Assembly: GCA_963555825.3 (NCBI GenBank)
Contig: CAUVXB020000002.1
Coordinates: 1,600,001 to 1,664,000 of the forward strand
DNA: 64,000 nt
Direction: 5' to 3'
From: Alphaproteobacteria bacterium
GTDB taxonomy: Bacteria > Pseudomonadota > Alphaproteobacteria > JAAXGF01
Both the position numbers and the translations under genes were made by a program. Shown in pieces: positions 28,770-39,645 of the stretch. The notes beneath the pieces were generated by a model. That model searched no databases and was not told the DNA's origin. It saw nothing but the letters and a program-made list of their open reading frames with translations. The first letter of the stretch is position 1. Every line of letters begins with the position of its first letter.

Positions 28770-29480
28770 TCAGTCGCCGAGCGAGAGCGGATTGAAGCTT
28801 GTCTCGCGGTCGTAGACGTCGACGCCGTCGCGCCGCTTGAGGAAGCCGACGACCAGATAGGTCAGCGGCGTCGCGGCGGCCTCGTAGGCGGTCTTGACCA
28901 GCCATTGGGTGACCACGGCGGTGGCCAGCCCCTCGGCGGGGATGATGCCGGCGAAGGCGACGGTCATGAAGACCGTCGAATCGAGGCCCTGGCCGACCAC
29001 CGTCGAGCCGATCGTGCGCGCCCACAGGAAGCGGCCCTCGGTCGCCACCTTCATGCGCGCGAGCACGGCCGAATTGGCGAACTCGCCGACCAGATAGGCG
29101 GCAAACGAGGCAACCAGGATGCGCGGCGCCTGTCCCAGGATGCGTTCGAACGCCGGCTGGCCGTCCCAGAAGCCGGCCGCCGGCAGCACGCCGGCGAGCC
29201 AGATCACGACGACGGCGAGCAGGTTGCAGGCGAAGCCCAGCCAAATGACGCGCCGTGCCTGGCGGAAGCCGTAGACCTCGGTCAGCACGTCGCCGATGAT
29301 ATAGCTGACCGGGAAGACGATGATCGCCGCCGGCAACACCATGCCGGCGACGTCGATCAGCTTGACCGCGACGATGTTGGCGGTGATCAGTGCGGTGACG
29401 AACAGCGCGACGACGGCCACGAACCAGTGCGATAGTCCCGCCGCCGCACCGCGCGGCGCCGTCTCGGATTGCGTTGTCAT
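28770..29480 (-). CDS. Queuosine precursor transporter (YhhQ/VUT family)
   Basis: ANIVAVK, FPVSYIIGDVLTEVYG, RTIGSTVVGQGLDS. Confidence 0.9.
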   Translation of the reverse strand: MTTQSETAPRGAAAGLSHWFVAVVALFVTALITANIVAVKLIDVAGMVLPAAIIVFPVSYIIGDVLTEVYGFRQARRVIWLGFACNLLAVVVIWLAGVLPAAGFWDGQPAFERILGQAPRILVASFAAYLVGEFANSAVLARMKVATEGRFLWARTIGSTVVGQGLDSTVFMTVAFAGIIPAEGLATAVVTQWLVKTAYEAAATPLTYLVVGFLKRRDGVDVYDRETSFNPLSLGD

Positions 29481-29713
29481 GAGCCGTCCCTTCGGTGTGT
29501 CCGTCCGTGTTCTATACCAAGGATCAGCGATAAAGGCCCCTAGAGACGGCTTGCCGCGATGTCGATCGGCTCGGCGCGCGCCAGCAGGGCGGCAAGCATT
29601 ACGATGGCGGCCACACACGCAAAATTGAACGGCCGCAACGTCATCGCCGTCTTGGCGCGCGACGCGGCGCATCCTAGAGTCGGTTGAGACAACAGCCGCA
29701 AAGGACGACCCCG

Positions 29714-30493
29714 ATGGCCATGCTCGCCCGCCGCACTCTCTTGTCTTCGCTCGTCCATGGCTTCGCTGGGCTGCCATTGGCTGCCGTGCTCGCCGACCCA
29801 CGCCTCGCGCGCGCCGCCGCTGCTGGTCTCGAAGGGGTTTCGCTGACGACGCCGAGCGGCGCGAGGGTCGCCGCCGCGCTGGCCGTTCCGGACGCGACGC
29901 CGGCGCCGGCCGTGCTGTTGGTCCACGAATGGTGGGGGCTCAACGACCAGATCAAGTCGGTCGCCGCCGCGCTCGCCGACGAGGGCTACCTGGCGCTCGC
30001 CATCGACCTCTACGACGGCAAGGTGGCGACCGCGCCGGATGTGGCGCGCAGCTACATGCAGCAGGTCAAGCCAAACGAAGCAACCGAGACGCTGGCCGCG
30101 TGGATCGACTGGCTCGAGCGCGACCCGCGTGCGACCGGCAGGATCGGCACCGTCGGTTGGTGCTTCGGCGGCGGCTGGTCGCTCAACGCCTCGCTCGCGC
30201 GGTCCCTCGAGGCGACCGTCGTCTACTACGGCCGGGTCGACAGGACGCCGGACCAGCTTGCGCCGCTGGCGAGCCCCGTACTCGGCCACTTCGCGACGCG
30301 CGACGGTTGGATCACGCCGCGGATGGTCGATGGTTTCGAAAAGGCGATGGACACCGCCGGCAAGGCGTATGAAAGCCATTGGTACGAGGCCGCCCACGGC
30401 TTCGGTAATCCGACCAGCGCGCGCTACGACGCCGCCGACGCCGCGCTCGCCTGGCAGAGAACGTTGGCGTTCTTGAAAAAGAACCTGCAGTGA
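29714..30493 (+). CDS. Dienelactone hydrolase family protein with Tat-like signal
   Basis: RRTLL signal, HEWWGLN, GWCFGG, YEAAHGFGNP. Confidence 0.88.
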   Translation: MAMLARRTLLSSLVHGFAGLPLAAVLADPRLARAAAAGLEGVSLTTPSGARVAAALAVPDATPAPAVLLVHEWWGLNDQIKSVAAALADEGYLALAIDLYDGKVATAPDVARSYMQQVKPNEATETLAAWIDWLERDPRATGRIGTVGWCFGGGWSLNASLARSLEATVVYYGRVDRTPDQLAPLASPVLGHFATRDGWITPRMVDGFEKAMDTAGKAYESHWYEAAHGFGNPTSARYDAADAALAWQRTLAFLKKNLQ

Positions 30494-30560
30494 CAGATGC
30501 CGCACCAATCAGGCCAAGCCGGCCGGTATCTTGTGGTCGGGACCGTTTGGTTGCAACCGT

Positions 30561-31523
30561 CTATCTCGTCGCGAGAAGCTGCAGGCGATCATCCATGAAG
30601 TCGGTCCGCACCTGCAGCCACAGCGGAAGATGATCCGACATTTCGTAGGTGAAGGCTTTTTGATTCTTTGGCCGGTGGCTTGAATTCGGGTAGAGCGCCT
30701 TCCAATCCTGTTTGTAGAAATTCAGCACGCCGCCACTGCCTGAGAACCGGTCCTTGTTCGTCGGACTATGAAGGATCTGATCGTAGTTGTTGCGGCGCGA
30801 TAGGTTGGTGCCGACGACGTTGGATAGTTCTTTAGGGATCTTGAGGCTGCGTCCGTTTCCGGTCAGCGCCTTGAAAGCCTTGTCGTCTAGTTTTGGCACA
30901 TTGAAATCGCCCATCACGATGAAGTCCTTGTCGACGGCCGTTTTCTTGCGCCGGCGCTTCATAACCCATTCGCGGAACGCGCGGAGCGCATTGATTCGAT
31001 CATCGAGGCTGTTGCCCCAACGCATATGGGCGGTCACAACGACGAAATCGAAATTGCCGGCGCGAAAGGACGCCATGTAGGGCGGTCGCCACCAGGTGAA
31101 TTTCGGCACATACTCGCCACCGACTTTCTTGCGTACCGGGTCCGCCTCGGCGGCGAGGCCGGTAAATTCCACCATACGGGTATCGAACAAATACGCGATC
31201 CGTTCGCTGTTGCCGCCGCGATCGCCCGTGAAGTCCGAAAATATGACCTCCCACCGATCGCCCAGCATGTCCATGACCCGCTTCAGGTCCGACAGGTTGT
31301 CGCGCAATTCGGTCAGCGCCACCAGATCGAATTGGTTGAGGATCTCGGCAATGTAATAGATCGAAGCTTCGAGTCGCGGTTTCCGGCCAAATTCGCGAAT
31401 GTTCCAAGTGGCCACGTTAAGCGACTCGTCGAGGGCCGATGAGGGAATTTCGGTCGCATCTATTCGCTTCCTGAGCTCTATCAGTCCCTGCGCGATATGG
31501 GGCGCGGGTTCGCCATAGTGCAT
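30561..31523 (-). CDS. Endonuclease/exonuclease/phosphatase (DNase I-like) protein
   Basis: ATWNIREFG, MGDFN, YDQI, SDHLP. Confidence 0.88.
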   Translation of the reverse strand: MHYGEPAPHIAQGLIELRKRIDATEIPSSALDESLNVATWNIREFGRKPRLEASIYYIAEILNQFDLVALTELRDNLSDLKRVMDMLGDRWEVIFSDFTGDRGGNSERIAYLFDTRMVEFTGLAAEADPVRKKVGGEYVPKFTWWRPPYMASFRAGNFDFVVVTAHMRWGNSLDDRINALRAFREWVMKRRRKKTAVDKDFIVMGDFNVPKLDDKAFKALTGNGRSLKIPKELSNVVGTNLSRRNNYDQILHSPTNKDRFSGSGGVLNFYKQDWKALYPNSSHRPKNQKAFTYEMSDHLPLWLQVRTDFMDDRLQLLATR

Positions 31524-31596
31524 GGTCGCCTCCCTTTTGTATTGGGGATTACAAAGGATGGTTGACATTTATTTGGCCCGTGGGCAGGATGCGCGG

Positions 31597-32142
31597 ATGT
31601 GGATTCTCGTCATCGCAGGGCTTTCTGTCGCCCCTATTTTCTTGGGGTTTCTGATGGAGCCTTGGCTTCCACTAGGACATTGGGGCTGGGGAGCATTGCT
31701 TTCCCTCTGCTTACTTCCCAGCGCCATCTACTGGCGGAAAAAGATATGGAACAGCGTTCTACAAATATGGCGGCGGACCCAGAAGAAACCGCTAAAAATA
31801 ATTGCAGAAAGCCCGACCACGGGAGAAAGCCCAGCCAACCCTGAAGTCGGCTGGATAAATGAAGAAGAGGCCATAAAATTTCTGGTGGTTTCCTCATTGG
31901 TCCGATGGCGCTTGCCAAACGAAACGATGACCATTGGTGAGGCCCTCTTGCGGAATCGAGGACTCCTCACTTCCCCAACAGTATCTTCGATTCGGGCAAA
32001 GGAGATAGCGCGTCATCTTCTTAAGACCTACAACGACGAGTGCTCGTGGGGGAAGCGCAACGGACTGTATTACAAGGAGTATTTGGAGGACTGGATCGGC
32101 GAGAAAGCGTATGAAGACCATGCTGTAACAAAATCTCGGTAG
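31597..32142 (+). CDS. Hypothetical membrane protein (IS1595 passenger)
   Basis: Low GC, two N-terminal hydrophobic segments, inside the TIRs. Confidence 0.6.
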   Translation: MWILVIAGLSVAPIFLGFLMEPWLPLGHWGWGALLSLCLLPSAIYWRKKIWNSVLQIWRRTQKKPLKIIAESPTTGESPANPEVGWINEEEAIKFLVVSSLVRWRLPNETMTIGEALLRNRGLLTSPTVSSIRAKEIARHLLKTYNDECSWGKRNGLYYKEYLEDWIGEKAYEDHAVTKSR

Positions 32143-32153
32143 ATTAAACAATC

Positions 32154-32351
32154 ATGAAACCGATGCTTGATCCCGCCCGCGATCTTGCGGGCGCAACGCC
32201 GGAAAAACTGGCTAAGGCGCTGTTCCGGCGCACGGAGCCTTTACGCCCCGGAACCCGACGAAAGCCCGTTGTCCGCGATGAGGTCGCGGTAGAGAAGGTT
32301 GCGCCCGACCAGCCGAGCGACAGTATCCCGCATTTGCACAAGCGTCCCTGA
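32154..32351 (+). CDS. Small hypothetical ORF within IS1595
   Basis: MKPMLDPARDLAGATPEKLAKALFR; overlaps the transposase 3' end antisense. Confidence 0.35.
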   Translation: MKPMLDPARDLAGATPEKLAKALFRRTEPLRPGTRRKPVVRDEVAVEKVAPDQPSDSIPHLHKRP

Positions 32352-33215
32352 ATCGCGGATGTTGTGCTTGCCAGCGAACTCCTGGACGTAACGGTCAAGA
32401 TGCTTGGGGCTGATCTTGTGGAAGGTGCCCTTGTGGGCGCGCTTGAGCATCGACCAGAAGGACTCGATCCCGTTGGTGTGCGCCATCCCGTTGACATATT
32501 CGGAGACCGAGTGCTTCACGCTTTGATGCGGGTTCGGTATCCCTTCGTAGGCCGCCGCGTCATCGGTGTAGACCACGGCGTCCGGCTCGGCGTTCTCGGC
32601 TACGAAGTCATGCAGCGTCTCGCGGTCGGTCGCTTCTACCACCTGCGCCGCAACCTTGTTGGTGGCCCGGTCCTTCGCGCCAACGACCGCGACCTTGCCT
32701 ACCGCGCCCCGGCCCGTTCCCGCAAGCTCCTTGCGCTGGGCATTCGACATGTTGCGGCGCTTCCCGCCGAAGTAGGTTTCGTCGAACTCGACCGGCCCGT
32801 CGAACGGACCTTCGCTGTCGCCGCCCCAGGCTTCCCTAATGCGATGAAGCATGAACCACGCCGTCGGCTGCGATACACCGATGTCGCGTTTCAGCTTCAT
32901 CGACGAAACCGACTTGAGCGAGGTCAGGCACAGATAGATCGCGATCGCCCACTTCCGAAGTGGGATTTTCGACCGCTGCATGGCGGTGCCCGTCTTGACG
33001 CTGAAATAGGATCGGCAATCGGTGCACCAATAGGGCATCTTCGCGTGGCTGGCCTCACTGGTGCGGAGCGATCCGCACTTGGGGCAGTGGCGACCGTCTG
33101 GCCAGATTACCGATTCGAACCACGCCGTGGCGGCTTTCTCGGTCGGAAACATATCCATCAACTGAACGATGGTGAGCCCATTGCGGTGAGCTTTTCCGGG
33201 TGCTTTTTTCGCCAT
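32241..33215 (-). CDS. IS1595 family transposase
   Basis: Zn finger CPKC..CTDC, EFDETYFGG, VYTDD, HTNGIESFWS. Confidence 0.95.
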   Translation of the reverse strand: MAKKAPGKAHRNGLTIVQLMDMFPTEKAATAWFESVIWPDGRHCPKCGSLRTSEASHAKMPYWCTDCRSYFSVKTGTAMQRSKIPLRKWAIAIYLCLTSLKSVSSMKLKRDIGVSQPTAWFMLHRIREAWGGDSEGPFDGPVEFDETYFGGKRRNMSNAQRKELAGTGRGAVGKVAVVGAKDRATNKVAAQVVEATDRETLHDFVAENAEPDAVVYTDDAAAYEGIPNPHQSVKHSVSEYVNGMAHTNGIESFWSMLKRAHKGTFHKISPKHLDRYVQEFAGKHNIRDSGTLVQMRDTVARLVGRNLLYRDLIADNGLSSGSGA

Positions 33216-33532
33216 TTCCACTCTCCCTTCCTACCCTTAAGATATGGGGAGGCGGCATGAAAATGTCAACCCTTCTTTGTAATTCCCTTTGTATTTGCGT
33301 GTCCAGGCACGAAAAATCGAATTAAACCGTTACGACTATTCATGATGGATATGCAACTATGAGAAGCGCGGTGGTCGCGCCATGACAAGTGGGACGCCCA
33401 ACGGCGTAAGCGAGAGATCTTGACCAGGCATCCGTACCGCCACGTGACAATGTGGCCAGATCCGGCCGATCGAATTCACCATGCCAAGCCGAAATCAGCG
33501 CGTAACCCGCCGCCGCCGCGATGCCCGCGCCG

Positions 33533-34135
33533 CTAAAGGAGTTCGATGACGAGTTCGGTCGGGCCGCCTGGTGCGTTGACTTGCCAGTCGTTGACCTTGA
33601 GGTCGTAAGGGCACGATGAGACGACGCAAATCAGCTCGGCGCAGGCCTCGAGCTCGACATAGGCGCCCGGCGGCACCGGGTTGGGCGGCGAGGTCAGCCG
33701 GCCGTCGGCGTCGACATGGGTGTTGGTGAAGAAGTTCACCGGCTGCGGCACGACGTCGATCTGATGGCCGATCGCGTGCATCGCCGCCTTGCAGTTCTCG
33801 GCGCAGCTGGCGTGCGGGCCGACGTGGCCGAGCTGGGCGTAGCGTTCGGCATCGCAGGCCGACAGCAGCATGTCATGGACGCCGTCGGCGCCGTCCTCGA
33901 CGAAGTCGACGATCGGCCGGCGGTGACGGCTCAGGAAACTTTCGCCGGGCCGTGGCTTGATCGAACGGTTGGCCACCCAGGTGTGCATCGGCGCCAGCCA
34001 TTCGCCGATGTCGTCGGCGCGGAAGGCAAAGAAGTCGGCCGCCTGCCTGCCGTGCGGCGTGACGATACGGAAGTGCTGGCCGGCGGCGACGCGCACCGCG
34101 AGACCGCCAGCGGCGGGTACAGTGTGGCGTTCCAT
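33533..34135 (-). CDS. Urea carboxylase-associated family protein (DUF1989)
   Basis: GRQAADF, HDMLLSAC, SCAEN, PVNFF, VVSSCP. Confidence 0.88.
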   Translation of the reverse strand: MERHTVPAAGGLAVRVAAGQHFRIVTPHGRQAADFFAFRADDIGEWLAPMHTWVANRSIKPRPGESFLSRHRRPIVDFVEDGADGVHDMLLSACDAERYAQLGHVGPHASCAENCKAAMHAIGHQIDVVPQPVNFFTNTHVDADGRLTSPPNPVPPGAYVELEACAELICVVSSCPYDLKVNDWQVNAPGGPTELVIELL

Positions 34136-34192
34136 GCCTCGGTTCTCCCTTGTCGCGGATTCCGCACAAATACCGATTGGTCGGACTTTACT

Positions 34193-34320
34193 AACCCGCG
34201 CCAATCTTATCCCAACAAGAGGGCGGGCCGCCGACCGTTCGGCCAGCTTTGATTCCATAAGATTGGCATGCGCGGCGATTGAGCGCAGGTCGTCTTCACG
34301 AAGTGAAGGTGACCGGAAAA
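34193..34320 (-). repeat. Dispersed structured intergenic repeat, copy B (extended first hairpin)
   Basis: Same core as the other copies; directly followed the cobT stop before the IS630 insertion. Confidence 0.85.
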
Positions 34321-34327
34321 TAATCTA

Positions 34328-35506
34328 GTGTCCCGATCGATAAATTGATATGATTATGTCTCTATTTGTTTTTAGGAGGCGCGATTGATGGCGAGAGTGG
34401 CGGTGACGATCTCTTTGAGCGATGACGAGCGCGCCGAATTGGAGGCGCTGTCTCGTCGTCGCAAGACGTCGCAGGGGCTTGCGCGGCGGGCTCGGATCGT
34501 CTTGGCGGCGGCGGAAGGGTTGGAGAACAAGGAGATCGCCGTTCGTCTCGAGGCGAGCGCGGACACCGTGGGCAAGTGGCGTCGCCGCTATGCGGCGGAG
34601 GGCCTCGACGGTCTGTACGACGAACCCCGCCCCGGCGCGCCGCGTCAAATCGGCGATGACGCCATCGCGGAAGCGGTCCGGCTGACGCTGGAAGAGACGC
34701 CGCCGGACGCGACCCATTGGAGCCTTCGCTCGATGGCGCGGGCGAGCGGCCACGCGCCCTCGACCATTCATCGCATCTGGCGGGCCTTCGGCTTGCAGCC
34801 GCATCGCTCGGAGACCTTCAAGCTGTCGAGCGATCCCTTCTTCGTGGAGAAGGTCCGCGACATCGTCGGTCTGTATTTGGCGCCGCCGGATCGTGCCCTG
34901 GTTCTCTGTGTCGACGAAAAGAGCCAGATCCAGGCCCTGGACCGTTCCCAGCCCCTCTTGCCGATGCGCCCCGGGCAGGCGGAGCGGCGCAGCCACGACT
35001 ACAAGCGCCACGGCACGACCTCTCTCTTCGCGGCCCTCGACATCGCCACGGGAGAGATCATCGGCAAATGTTTCCCGCGCCATCGGGCCCGAGAGTTCCG
35101 CAAATTCCTCGACCTCGTCGAGGCGAACGTCCCTGCTGATCTCGACATCCACATCGTCATGGACAACTACGGGACCCACAAGACCAAGGCGATCCGCGAC
35201 TGGTTCGCCAAACGGCCGCGCTGGCAGGCCCATTTCACACCCACCAGCGCCTCCTGGCTGAACCAGGTCGAGCGCTGGTTCGGGCTGCTGACCGACAAGC
35301 AGATCAGGCGCGGCGTCCATCGCTCCACCAAGGAGTTGGAGCGCACCATCCTCGACTACATCGACACGACAAACCAGAACCCCAAACCCTTCAAATGGAC
35401 CAAATCCGCCGATGACATCCTCGGCGCCATCCAGCGCTTCTGCCTCCGAACAATCGAAATCGCTGAACAGCAGGCGAAAATCATGCGAACTTCGGAATCG
35501 GGACAC
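34328..35506 (+). mobile_element. IS630 family insertion sequence
   Basis: TIR GTGTCCCGAT/ATCGGGACAC; TA duplication inside a CTAG target. Confidence 0.92.
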
Positions 35507-35509
35507 TAG
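34388..35509 (+). CDS. IS630 family transposase
   Basis: [35 protein letters not shown]; AGGAGG RBS. Confidence 0.95.
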   Translation: MARVAVTISLSDDERAELEALSRRRKTSQGLARRARIVLAAAEGLENKEIAVRLEASADTVGKWRRRYAAEGLDGLYDEPRPGAPRQIGDDAIAEAVRLTLEETPPDATHWSLRSMARASGHAPSTIHRIWRAFGLQPHRSETFKLSSDPFFVEKVRDIVGLYLAPPDRALVLCVDEKSQIQALDRSQPLLPMRPGQAERRSHDYKRHGTTSLFAALDIATGEIIGKCFPRHRAREFRKFLDLVEANVPADLDIHIVMDNYGTHKTKAIRDWFAKRPRWQAHFTPTSASWLNQVERWFGLLTDKQIRRGVHRSTKELERTILDYIDTTNQNPKPFKWTKSADDILGAIQRFCLRTIEIAEQQAKIMRTSESGH

Positions 35510-37380
35510 TGCAGGACCCGCCTGGTCCTCGCGCGGTGGCGTGGCGCCACCGCCGCATCGTCGTCGAACAGGTCGGCGAGCTGGTCGAGCATGACGCCGC
35601 CGAGTTGCTCGGCGTCGACCAGGGTGACCGCGCGGCGGTAGTAGCGCGTCACGTCGTGGCCGATGCCGACGGCGATCAGCTCGACCGGCGAGGTCGCCTC
35701 GATCCAGTCGATGACCTCGCGCAGATGGCGTTCGAGGTAATTGCCGCTGTTGACAGAGAGCGTCGAATCGTCGACCGGCGCGCCGTCCGAGATGACCATC
35801 AAAATGCGCCGCTGCTCGGGCCGTCCGAGCAGACGTTGATGCGCCCACATGAGCGCCTCGCCGTCGATGTTCTCCTTGAGGATGCCCTCGCGCAGCATCA
35901 GGCCGAGGTTCTTGCGCGCGCGCCGCCAGGGCGCGTCGGCCGCCTTGTAGACGATATGGCGGAGATCGTTGAGCCGCCCCGGGTTGGCCGGCTTGCCGTC
36001 GGCCAGCCAGTGCTCGCGCGCCTGGCCGCCCTTCCACGCCCGCGTCGTGAAGCCGAGGATCTCGACCTTGACATCGCAACGCTCGAGCGTGCGCGCAAGG
36101 ATATCGGCCGACAGCGCGGCGACGGTGATCGGCCGGCCGCGCATCGAGCCCGAATTGTCGATCAGCAGCGTCACCACCGTATCGCGGAAATCGCTCTCCT
36201 TCTCCTGCTTGTACGAGAGCGGCATTTCGGGGTTGACGATGACGCGGGCGAGCCGCGCGGCGTCGATGATGCCTTCCTCGAGATTGAATTCCCAACCGCG
36301 CGACTGCTTCGCCAGCAGCATGCGCTGAAGCCGGTTGGCGAGGCGCGCGGTGACGCCCTGCAGTTGGGCGAGCTGGAGGTCGAGCTGGGTCCGCAGGCGG
36401 CTGAGCTCGCCCGGCTCACACAGCGAATCGGCGGTGACGACCTCGTCGAACGCGGCGCTGTACACATGGTAGGTCGGCTTGCGGCGCTCATTGGCGCCGC
36501 TCCAATCGGGGCGCCAGGGCTGGTCGGCGTGGCCGGCTTCCTCCGAGCCCGAACCGGCCATCTGGTCGTCGATCTCGCCGGCCTCGGCCGCGCTGTCGCT
36601 GGTCTCCTGGTCGTCGTCGCCAGACGCGGCGAATGCCTCGAGACCAGCCGCCTCGGCGCCCTCCGCATCGCCTTCGCCTTCGCCGCCCTGGGCCTCGGCG
36701 TCGTCGCCGGCGCCTTGCGACTCGGCGTCGTCGGCCGCGTCGGGATCGCTTTCGGGCTCGGCCAGATCGAGCTCGGCCAGGAGCTGGCGCGCCATGCGCG
36801 CGAAGGCGTCCTGGTCCTCGATCGCCGCGTCGAGCCCGTCGAGCGTGTCGTGCGCCTTGGCCTCGATCAGCGGGCGGCACAGATCGACCATCTTGCGCGC
36901 CGGTTTGGGCGGGCGGGCGCCGGTCAGCCGCTGGCGTACCAGGAAGCCGATCGCCTCGGGCAGTGGTACGTCGTGGTAATGCGCGATGCGCTCGTAGCCG
37001 CGCGCCTTGCAGCGCTGCTCGAGCATCTCGCTCAGATTGGCCGCAACACCCTTGAGCTTACGCGCGCCGATCGATTCGACGCGCGCTTGCTCGACCGAAT
37101 CATAGACCGCCTGCGCGATGTCGCCGCCCGGGCGGCGCCTGGCGTGAACCGCGGTGTCGTGGTGGCGCAAGTGCAGCGCCAGCGCGTCGGCCAAGCCGCG
37201 CGTCCGGCTCACCGCCCCGGGCGCGAGATCGCGCGGCGGCGGCAGTGTCGCCTCGTCACCCTTGGCGCTGGGCGTCTCGCCCGAATAACTGACGACCAGC
37301 TCGCGATGCCGCGACAGCGCCCGCATCGCCGAGGCGACAGCGCGCTTGAACGGCTCGACCGGGTTCTCCCTGTCGTCCAC
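35506..37380 (-). CDS. cobT: Cobaltochelatase subunit CobT
   Basis: Acidic linker, v[35 protein letters not shown]. Confidence 0.95.
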   Translation of the reverse strand: MDDRENPVEPFKRAVASAMRALSRHRELVVSYSGETPSAKGDEATLPPPRDLAPGAVSRTRGLADALALHLRHHDTAVHARRRPGGDIAQAVYDSVEQARVESIGARKLKGVAANLSEMLEQRCKARGYERIAHYHDVPLPEAIGFLVRQRLTGARPPKPARKMVDLCRPLIEAKAHDTLDGLDAAIEDQDAFARMARQLLAELDLAEPESDPDAADDAESQGAGDDAEAQGGEGEGDAEGAEAAGLEAFAASGDDDQETSDSAAEAGEIDDQMAGSGSEEAGHADQPWRPDWSGANERRKPTYHVYSAAFDEVVTADSLCEPGELSRLRTQLDLQLAQLQGVTARLANRLQRMLLAKQSRGWEFNLEEGIIDAARLARVIVNPEMPLSYKQEKESDFRDTVVTLLIDNSGSMRGRPITVAALSADILARTLERCDVKVEILGFTTRAWKGGQAREHWLADGKPANPGRLNDLRHIVYKAADAPWRRARKNLGLMLREGILKENIDGEALMWAHQRLLGRPEQRRILMVISDGAPVDDSTLSVNSGNYLERHLREVIDWIEATSPVELIAVGIGHDVTRYYRRAVTLVDAEQLGGVMLDQLADLFDDDAAVAPRHRARTRRVLH

Positions 37381-37390
37381 CCCACGTTCC

Positions 37391-38404
37391 CTATTGTAGC
37401 GAGACCCCGGCCGCCGATTCAGGCAGCTCGATGTTGAAGCAGCGCTGGTAGTATTCAGCCACCACGGCGCGCTCGAGCTCATCGCATTTGTTGAGGAAGG
37501 TCATTCGGAACGCGGTGCCGACGTCGTCGAAGATCTGCGCGTTCTCGGCCCAGGTGATGACCGTGCGCGGCGACATTACGGTCGAGATGTCGCCGGACAT
37601 GAAACCGGCGCGGCTGAGGTCGGCGACCTTGATCATGGTGCTGATCAGCTCGCGGCCCTCTTCGTTGTTGAAATTCGGCGTCTTGGACAGCACGATCTTC
37701 ATCTCGTCGTCGTGGGACAGATAGTTCAGCGTGGCGACGACGTTCCAGCGGTCCATCTGCCCCTGGTTGATCTGCTGGGTGCCGTGATAGAGCCCAGTGG
37801 TGTCGCCCAGACCGATGGTGTTGGTCGTGGCGAACAGGCGGAACGCGTCGTGCGGCTTGAGCACGCGGTTCTGGTCCAACAGCGTCAGGCGACCCTGCGA
37901 CTCCAAGAGGCGCTGGATTATGAACATGACGTCGGGCCGGCCGGCGTCGTATTCGTCGAACACCAAGCTGGTCGGCCGCTGATAGGTCCAGGGCAGCATG
38001 CCTTCGCGGAACTCGGTGACCTGCTTGCCGTCACGCAGCACGATAGCGTCCTTGCCGATCAGGTCGATGCGGCTGATGTGGCCGTCGAGGTTGACGCGAA
38101 TGCACGGCCAGTTGAGCCGCGCCGCGACCTGCTCGATATGGGTCGACTTGCCGGTGCCGTGATAGCCCTGGATCAGGACGCGCCTGTTGTGGGCGTAGCC
38201 GACCAGGATCGCCAATGTCGTGTCGTGGTCGAAATGATAGGTCTCGTCCAATTCGGGCACGTGCTCGCTGGGCTGCGAGAACGCCGGCACCTCCATGTCG
38301 GAGTCGATTCCGAAGACTTGGCGGACCGAGATTGTCAGGTCGGGTCCGTTGGGCGGCATGAGCGGCAGGCCGCTCTTGGGGGAAGCTTCTGTTTGCGTCG
38401 TCAC
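37391..38404 (-). CDS. cobS: Cobaltochelatase subunit CobS (MoxR AAA+)
   Basis: [26 protein letters not shown]; start position approximate. Confidence 0.95.
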   Translation of the reverse strand: MTTQTEASPKSGLPLMPPNGPDLTISVRQVFGIDSDMEVPAFSQPSEHVPELDETYHFDHDTTLAILVGYAHNRRVLIQGYHGTGKSTHIEQVAARLNWPCIRVNLDGHISRIDLIGKDAIVLRDGKQVTEFREGMLPWTYQRPTSLVFDEYDAGRPDVMFIIQRLLESQGRLTLLDQNRVLKPHDAFRLFATTNTIGLGDTTGLYHGTQQINQGQMDRWNVVATLNYLSHDDEMKIVLSKTPNFNNEEGRELISTMIKVADLSRAGFMSGDISTVMSPRTVITWAENAQIFDDVGTAFRMTFLNKCDELERAVVAEYYQRCFNIELPESAAGVSLQ

Positions 38405-38609
38405 GTTCGGGCTCACTGCAGTAAGGGGAGGGCGATCCTGTGGCGCCGCCCATATGCGGCGCCGGACGCAATCCATACAAACGTTGAGCGCGAGAGGCCT
38501 GCGCCCCGCGCGCCGCGAAACACGTCACCTATCACGAGTAGGCTTGCTTCACAAGAAGACGTCCCCCATCGGGCAGCCGCGCGGCCGCCGCAATGTCTGA
38601 AATCAAGGA

Positions 38610-39170
38610 TCAGGCGTAATGCTGGCGAACCAGCAGACGATAGGCTTCGATGACCACTCTCAGACGCTCTTCGGCCGATTCGTCGCGCCCGTTGACGTCG
38701 GGGTGGAGCTGCTTGACGAGCGCCTTGAAGCGATCCTTGATCTCTTCCGGTGTCGCGGTTCGCTCGAGATTCATGGTCGCCAACGCGTCGCGCTCGTTGT
38801 TCGGCAGCTCGACCGCGGGCGCGTCGGGCGCGTCGCCGTCGGCGCCGAAGACGCCGAAGGCGTCCTTGAGCCCGTCGCCGCGAAACGGCGGCCCGTCACC
38901 GCGCGGTACGCCCATCGGCCAGGTCGGCCGGTGACCGGTGATGTCGGCGACGATAAAGGCCTCGACTTCATCCTCGCTCATGCCGGCGAAGTAGTCCCAT
39001 TGGGCATTGTAGCCGCGCACGTGCTCGAGGCAGAACCAGTAGTATTCGGTCAGCGCGTCACGCGAGCGCGGCGCGCGGTGGGCGCCCTCATTCGTACAGC
39101 CCGGGATGTCGCACAAGCGGTGTGGGTGCGATTCTTCGACTTCGGCCGTGACGGTTCGTCTGTCTGCCAT
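38610..39170 (-). CDS. DnaJ domain protein
   Basis: C..PGC..HRAPRSR..WFCLEHVR; C-terminal J-domain with HPD; usual neighbour of cobS. Confidence 0.9.
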   Translation of the reverse strand: MADRRTVTAEVEESHPHRLCDIPGCTNEGAHRAPRSRDALTEYYWFCLEHVRGYNAQWDYFAGMSEDEVEAFIVADITGHRPTWPMGVPRGDGPPFRGDGLKDAFGVFGADGDAPDAPAVELPNNERDALATMNLERTATPEEIKDRFKALVKQLHPDVNGRDESAEERLRVVIEAYRLLVRQHYA

Positions 39171-39357
39171 GGAACAAGTATGGCGATTACATCGAAGGCG
39201 GGCAAGACGCAGCGCCACCGCCGAAGAGAGGCGGTTCGCGCAGCTACCACCTCCACGCGATAAATACTAGCATGATTCATACTAATAGGCGTCGAAAGTT
39301 GTCGATTTGCATCGGCACTACGTTTATATTCGCGTGTGATATCAGGGGGATCGCAGT

Positions 39358-39618
39358 ATGGCGGGAAGCAAGAAGGGCGAGCGCAACCGCCGCGTGCGCA
39401 GCGGACTCGTCAACCATAATGTCGTGATCAACGGCCGTCGCACGAGCGTCCGCCTCGAGCCCCAAATGTGGGATGCGTTGAACGAAATCGCGCGGCGTGA
39501 AGGGCGGACGATCCACGACATCTGTAGCGAAGTCGACGCCGATCGCGTGCAATCGACATTCTCGGCGTCGCTTCGCGTCTACATTCTCACCTACTTCAGG
39601 TCGGCCGCCAAAGACTGA
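39358..39618 (+). CDS. Ribbon-helix-helix domain protein (RHH_4 type)
   Basis: NVVINGRRTSVRLEPQMWDAL..FSASLRV. Confidence 0.85.
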   Translation: MAGSKKGERNRRVRSGLVNHNVVINGRRTSVRLEPQMWDALNEIARREGRTIHDICSEVDADRVQSTFSASLRVYILTYFRSAAKD

Positions 39619-39645
39619 GCCCGGCCCCGCTGCCGATACCGAGGA

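Larger units (their letters stand above)
31544..33287 (-). mobile_element. IS1595 family element with passenger gene
   Basis: 27-bp TIRs GGGGATTACAAAGGATGGTTGACATTT / AAATGTCAACCCTTCTTTGTAATTCCC; 8-bp TSD TTTGTATT (31536-43, 33288-95). Confidence 0.92.

Noticed and set aside
29481-29600. preQ1 riboswitch upstream of the queuosine precursor transporter
   Set aside because: No preQ1-I stem-loop with an A-rich tail is visible
34136-34260. Guanidine-II (mini-ykkC) riboswitch upstream of the DUF1989 gene
   Set aside because: Only one ACGG-loop hairpin (two are required), and it is part of the dispersed repeat also found beside unrelated genes
35506-38404. cobST without cobN as a novelty
   Set aside because: cobS-cobT next to a DnaJ gene, away from the cob cluster, is the normal alphaproteobacterial arrangement
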